From Tubiluchus corallicola (lineage: Eukaryota > Animalia > Priapulida), in assembly GCA_030141605.1 (NCBI GenBank), contig JAQGDQ010001820.1, positions 1 to 24,282 on the forward strand: DNA of 24,282 nucleotides, in the 5' to 3' direction. The translations under genes and the position numbers were made by a program. Under the pieces are notes generated by a model. That model did no database searches. It had not been told where the DNA came from and was given only the letters and a program-made list of their open reading frames with translations. The number at the start of each line of letters is the position of its first letter. Position 1 is the first letter of the stretch. Of the stretch, positions 21,961-24,282 are shown piece after piece.

Positions 21961-22554
21961 AGTGAGCAGGGAGTTCCTGGCATAGGGAGGGGAACAGAAT
22001 CATGTCCCTGGACGTATGGACGACGACTCGCACTTACCAAAAAGGAACGCAGCATTATTTTGTTAAAAAAAGATAATTTACTTCTTCACGAAACTTCTGA
22101 CAAGTTTACCTGTGGCAAAATTGACACACTTAAAAGAACAAAAACGTAAAAAATTCTGGACCCGGGAATGGGATTATGGGAATGAAAACAGGAATAGCAG
22201 TGTGCACGCCGAAGTGACAAGTCTGAACTACAAAACTTACACGTTCCTTGATTAGCTTTCTATTTTGTTATTAAAACTGCAGCACGTGTCACAGACAGGT
22301 TGCAAAACTTGACGAAGCGACCCCTGCAGGCAGGAGCTAAAAACATCGTATAATATTAAGATCGATACGAGCACGCGGGTTTACTAAACCTTCTCTTTAT
22401 TTTTTATTAAATATATAAATGTTTATTTAAAGCAAAAACTTTAAAATAAAAATAAACAAGAAAGAGAAAAATCTGAAAGGTCGGTACTCAACAAACCTTT
22501 TATTCCAGATTCTGTTCATGTGTTGCATGAATGTGTATAAATTAATATGGAATT

Positions 22555-22992
22555 AGTTTACAATTCGTCCCACAATTTAAATACCCTAACCTAACCTAAC
22601 TAATCCTAATCCCGACCGTAACCCTAACCGTAATCCTAATCCTAAGCTTAACCCTAACCCCAACCTTAACCTTAACCTAACCCAACCCCAACTTTAACCC
22701 TAATCCTAACCCCAATCCAGACCCTAACCCTAACCCCAACCTTAATCCTAACCCTAATTGCAACCTCAACCCTTACCCTATCACTAACCCTAACCCTAAC
22801 CCTAACCTCAACCCTAACCCTAACCCAAACCCATTCCTAACCCCAACCTTAACCCTTACCCCAACACCAACCTTAACCCTAACCCTATCACTAATCCTAA
22901 TCCCGACCTTAACCCTAACCGTAATCCTAATCCTAAGCTTAACCCTAAACCGCTTCATGAACAAATTTCTTGTGTGGCGGGGAATTATAAAT
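22555..22992 (+). mobile_element. Family D MITE-like element, second copy, with a ~365-bp degenerate (TAACCC)n tract
   Basis: Ends agtttacaattc / gaattataaat. tttaaat precedes the tract and ccgcttcatgaacaaatttcttgtgt follows it, as in 20531-20898. Confidence 0.7.
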
Positions 22993-23212
22993 AATAATAA
23001 TTATTATTAACCTCATTTTAGATCGTATATACTTAACATAACTAACTCACAAGAAACAATGTAATCAGTCAATGTACGATTTGCTACTTGAATGTACATT
23101 GTTTATACTGTACATGTTTCGCGTCAGCAACACTTCACCGTTCAAACTGTAACTGTTTCGTAAACTACTCTACATATACTTGATCAAAGACACTAATAAA
23201 TAAACAGATATA

Positions 23213-24282
23213 CAGGGGGTCTATAAAGTCTCTTTACAATTTTAAAAATTTATTACAAAGGCAGTTGACAAGGCATCTTAACAGATTTGTTCTGTTTTAG
23301 TCAGTGTTTATTTAAGTTTGAGATCACGTTGAAATTTTGCGTTTTATGTAGATCTTCTGTTGATAGAAGGGTATTGTTAACTGAAACCTCAAAAATGGGT
23401 ACCCCTCGAAAGAGAAGGCACAGTGTGTATCATGGTTTATTGAGACAAAATCGTATGTGCAGACTCAGCAAAACTACAGAAATAAGTATGGAAGAGATCC
23501 ATGGGGTTATGTGTGAAAGACATCGTGTATCAAACAAAGATACGGGACATTACTGACTTGAAGCAAAGGACGGATTTCTGATGTCATTGCCACCATTGAT
23601 GAGGCTATGACGAAACTATAGAACTAAGTATGGAAGAGATACATGGGGTTATGTGTGAAAGACATCGTGTATCGAACAAAGATACGGGACATTACTGACT
23701 TGAAGCAAAGGATTTCTGATGCCATCGCCACCATTGATGAGGCTATGACGAAACTACAGAACTAAGTATGGAAGAGATCCATGGGGTTATGTGAAAGACA
23801 TCGTGTATCGAACAAAGATACGGGACATTACTGACTTGAAGCAAAGGACGGATTTCTGATGCCATCGCCACCATTGATGAGGCTATGACGAAACTACAGA
23901 ACTAAGTATGGAAGAGATCCATGGGGTTATGTGAAAGACATCGTGTATCGAACAAAGATACGGGACATTACTGACTTGAAGCAAGAGGATTTCTGATGCA
24001 ACCGCCACCATTGATGAAGCTATGATGAAACTTTAGAACTAAGTATGGAAGAGATCCATGGGGTTATGTGAAAGACATCGTGTATCGAACAAAGATACGG
24101 GACATTACTGACTTGAAGCAAAGGACGGATTTCTGATGCCATCGCCACCATTGATGAGGCTATGACGAAACTACAGAGCTAAGTATGGAAGAGATACATG
24201 GGGTTATGTGAAAGACATCGTGTATCGAACAAAGATACGGGACATTACTGACTTGAAGCAAAGGGCGGATTTCTGATGCCAT
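23213..24282 (+). mobile_element. Internally deleted Tc1/mariner-superfamily element (transposase pseudogene), running off the window
   Basis: TA|CAGGG start (TA at 23211-23212). ATG at 23395 gives MGTP(fs)EKAQCVSWFIETKSYVQTQQNYRNKYGRDP, a mariner-like N-terminal HTH start, fused at 23501/23502 directly to WGYVKDIVY...DITDLKQRISDAIATIDEAM, the segment that normally follows the SPDLxPxDFFL motif. Confidence 0.85.
23471..24282. repeat. 137-142-bp tandem array derived from the mariner, at least 5.8 units
   Basis: aaact anchors at 23471, 23613, 23751, 23891, 24028, 24168. Confidence 0.97.

Noticed and set aside
20560-22950. True telomere or chromosome end
   Set aside because: The tracts are short, degenerate, internal and bounded by shared element flanks.
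23287-23556. 89-aa ORF as a functional transposase
   Set aside because: It is mostly out of the transposase frame; the real frame is frameshifted and lacks the catalytic domain.

Overview
Repeat-saturated, AT-rich eukaryotic DNA, most likely from an animal (TTAGGG-type tracts, RTE LINE, hAT, Tc1/mariner and Kolobok-like elements). I find no intact protein-coding gene, rRNA or CRISPR array, and almost every ORF in the track is a translation of a repeat. Contents: (i) a near-identical 1.65-kb direct duplication (1-1678 / 1966-3598) joined through a degraded 290-bp fold-back arm; (ii) about nine fragments of one ~670-bp non-autonomous element with TTAA|AGGACAAGAAAA...TTTTCTTGTCCT|TTAA ends (Kolobok-type); (iii) two hAT-type MITEs, two MITE-like families with internal CCCTAA tracts, two decayed RTE LINE 3' ends and an internally deleted mariner-like element; (iv) at least 12 different tandem arrays (units of 15, 27, 28, 32, 46, 74, 88/140, 90, 103, ~140, 153 and ~205 bp) plus long (TA)n, (GA)n and (GAT)n tracts. 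The most striking pattern is that the repeat units of four unrelated arrays each straddle a Kolobok-type terminus/TTAA/flank junction, and the unit of a fifth straddles the internal deletion junction of the mariner. This suggests that minisatellites here are born at transposon breakpoints. All alignments were done by eye, so boundaries may be off by a few bases and family names are motif-based, not database-confirmed.
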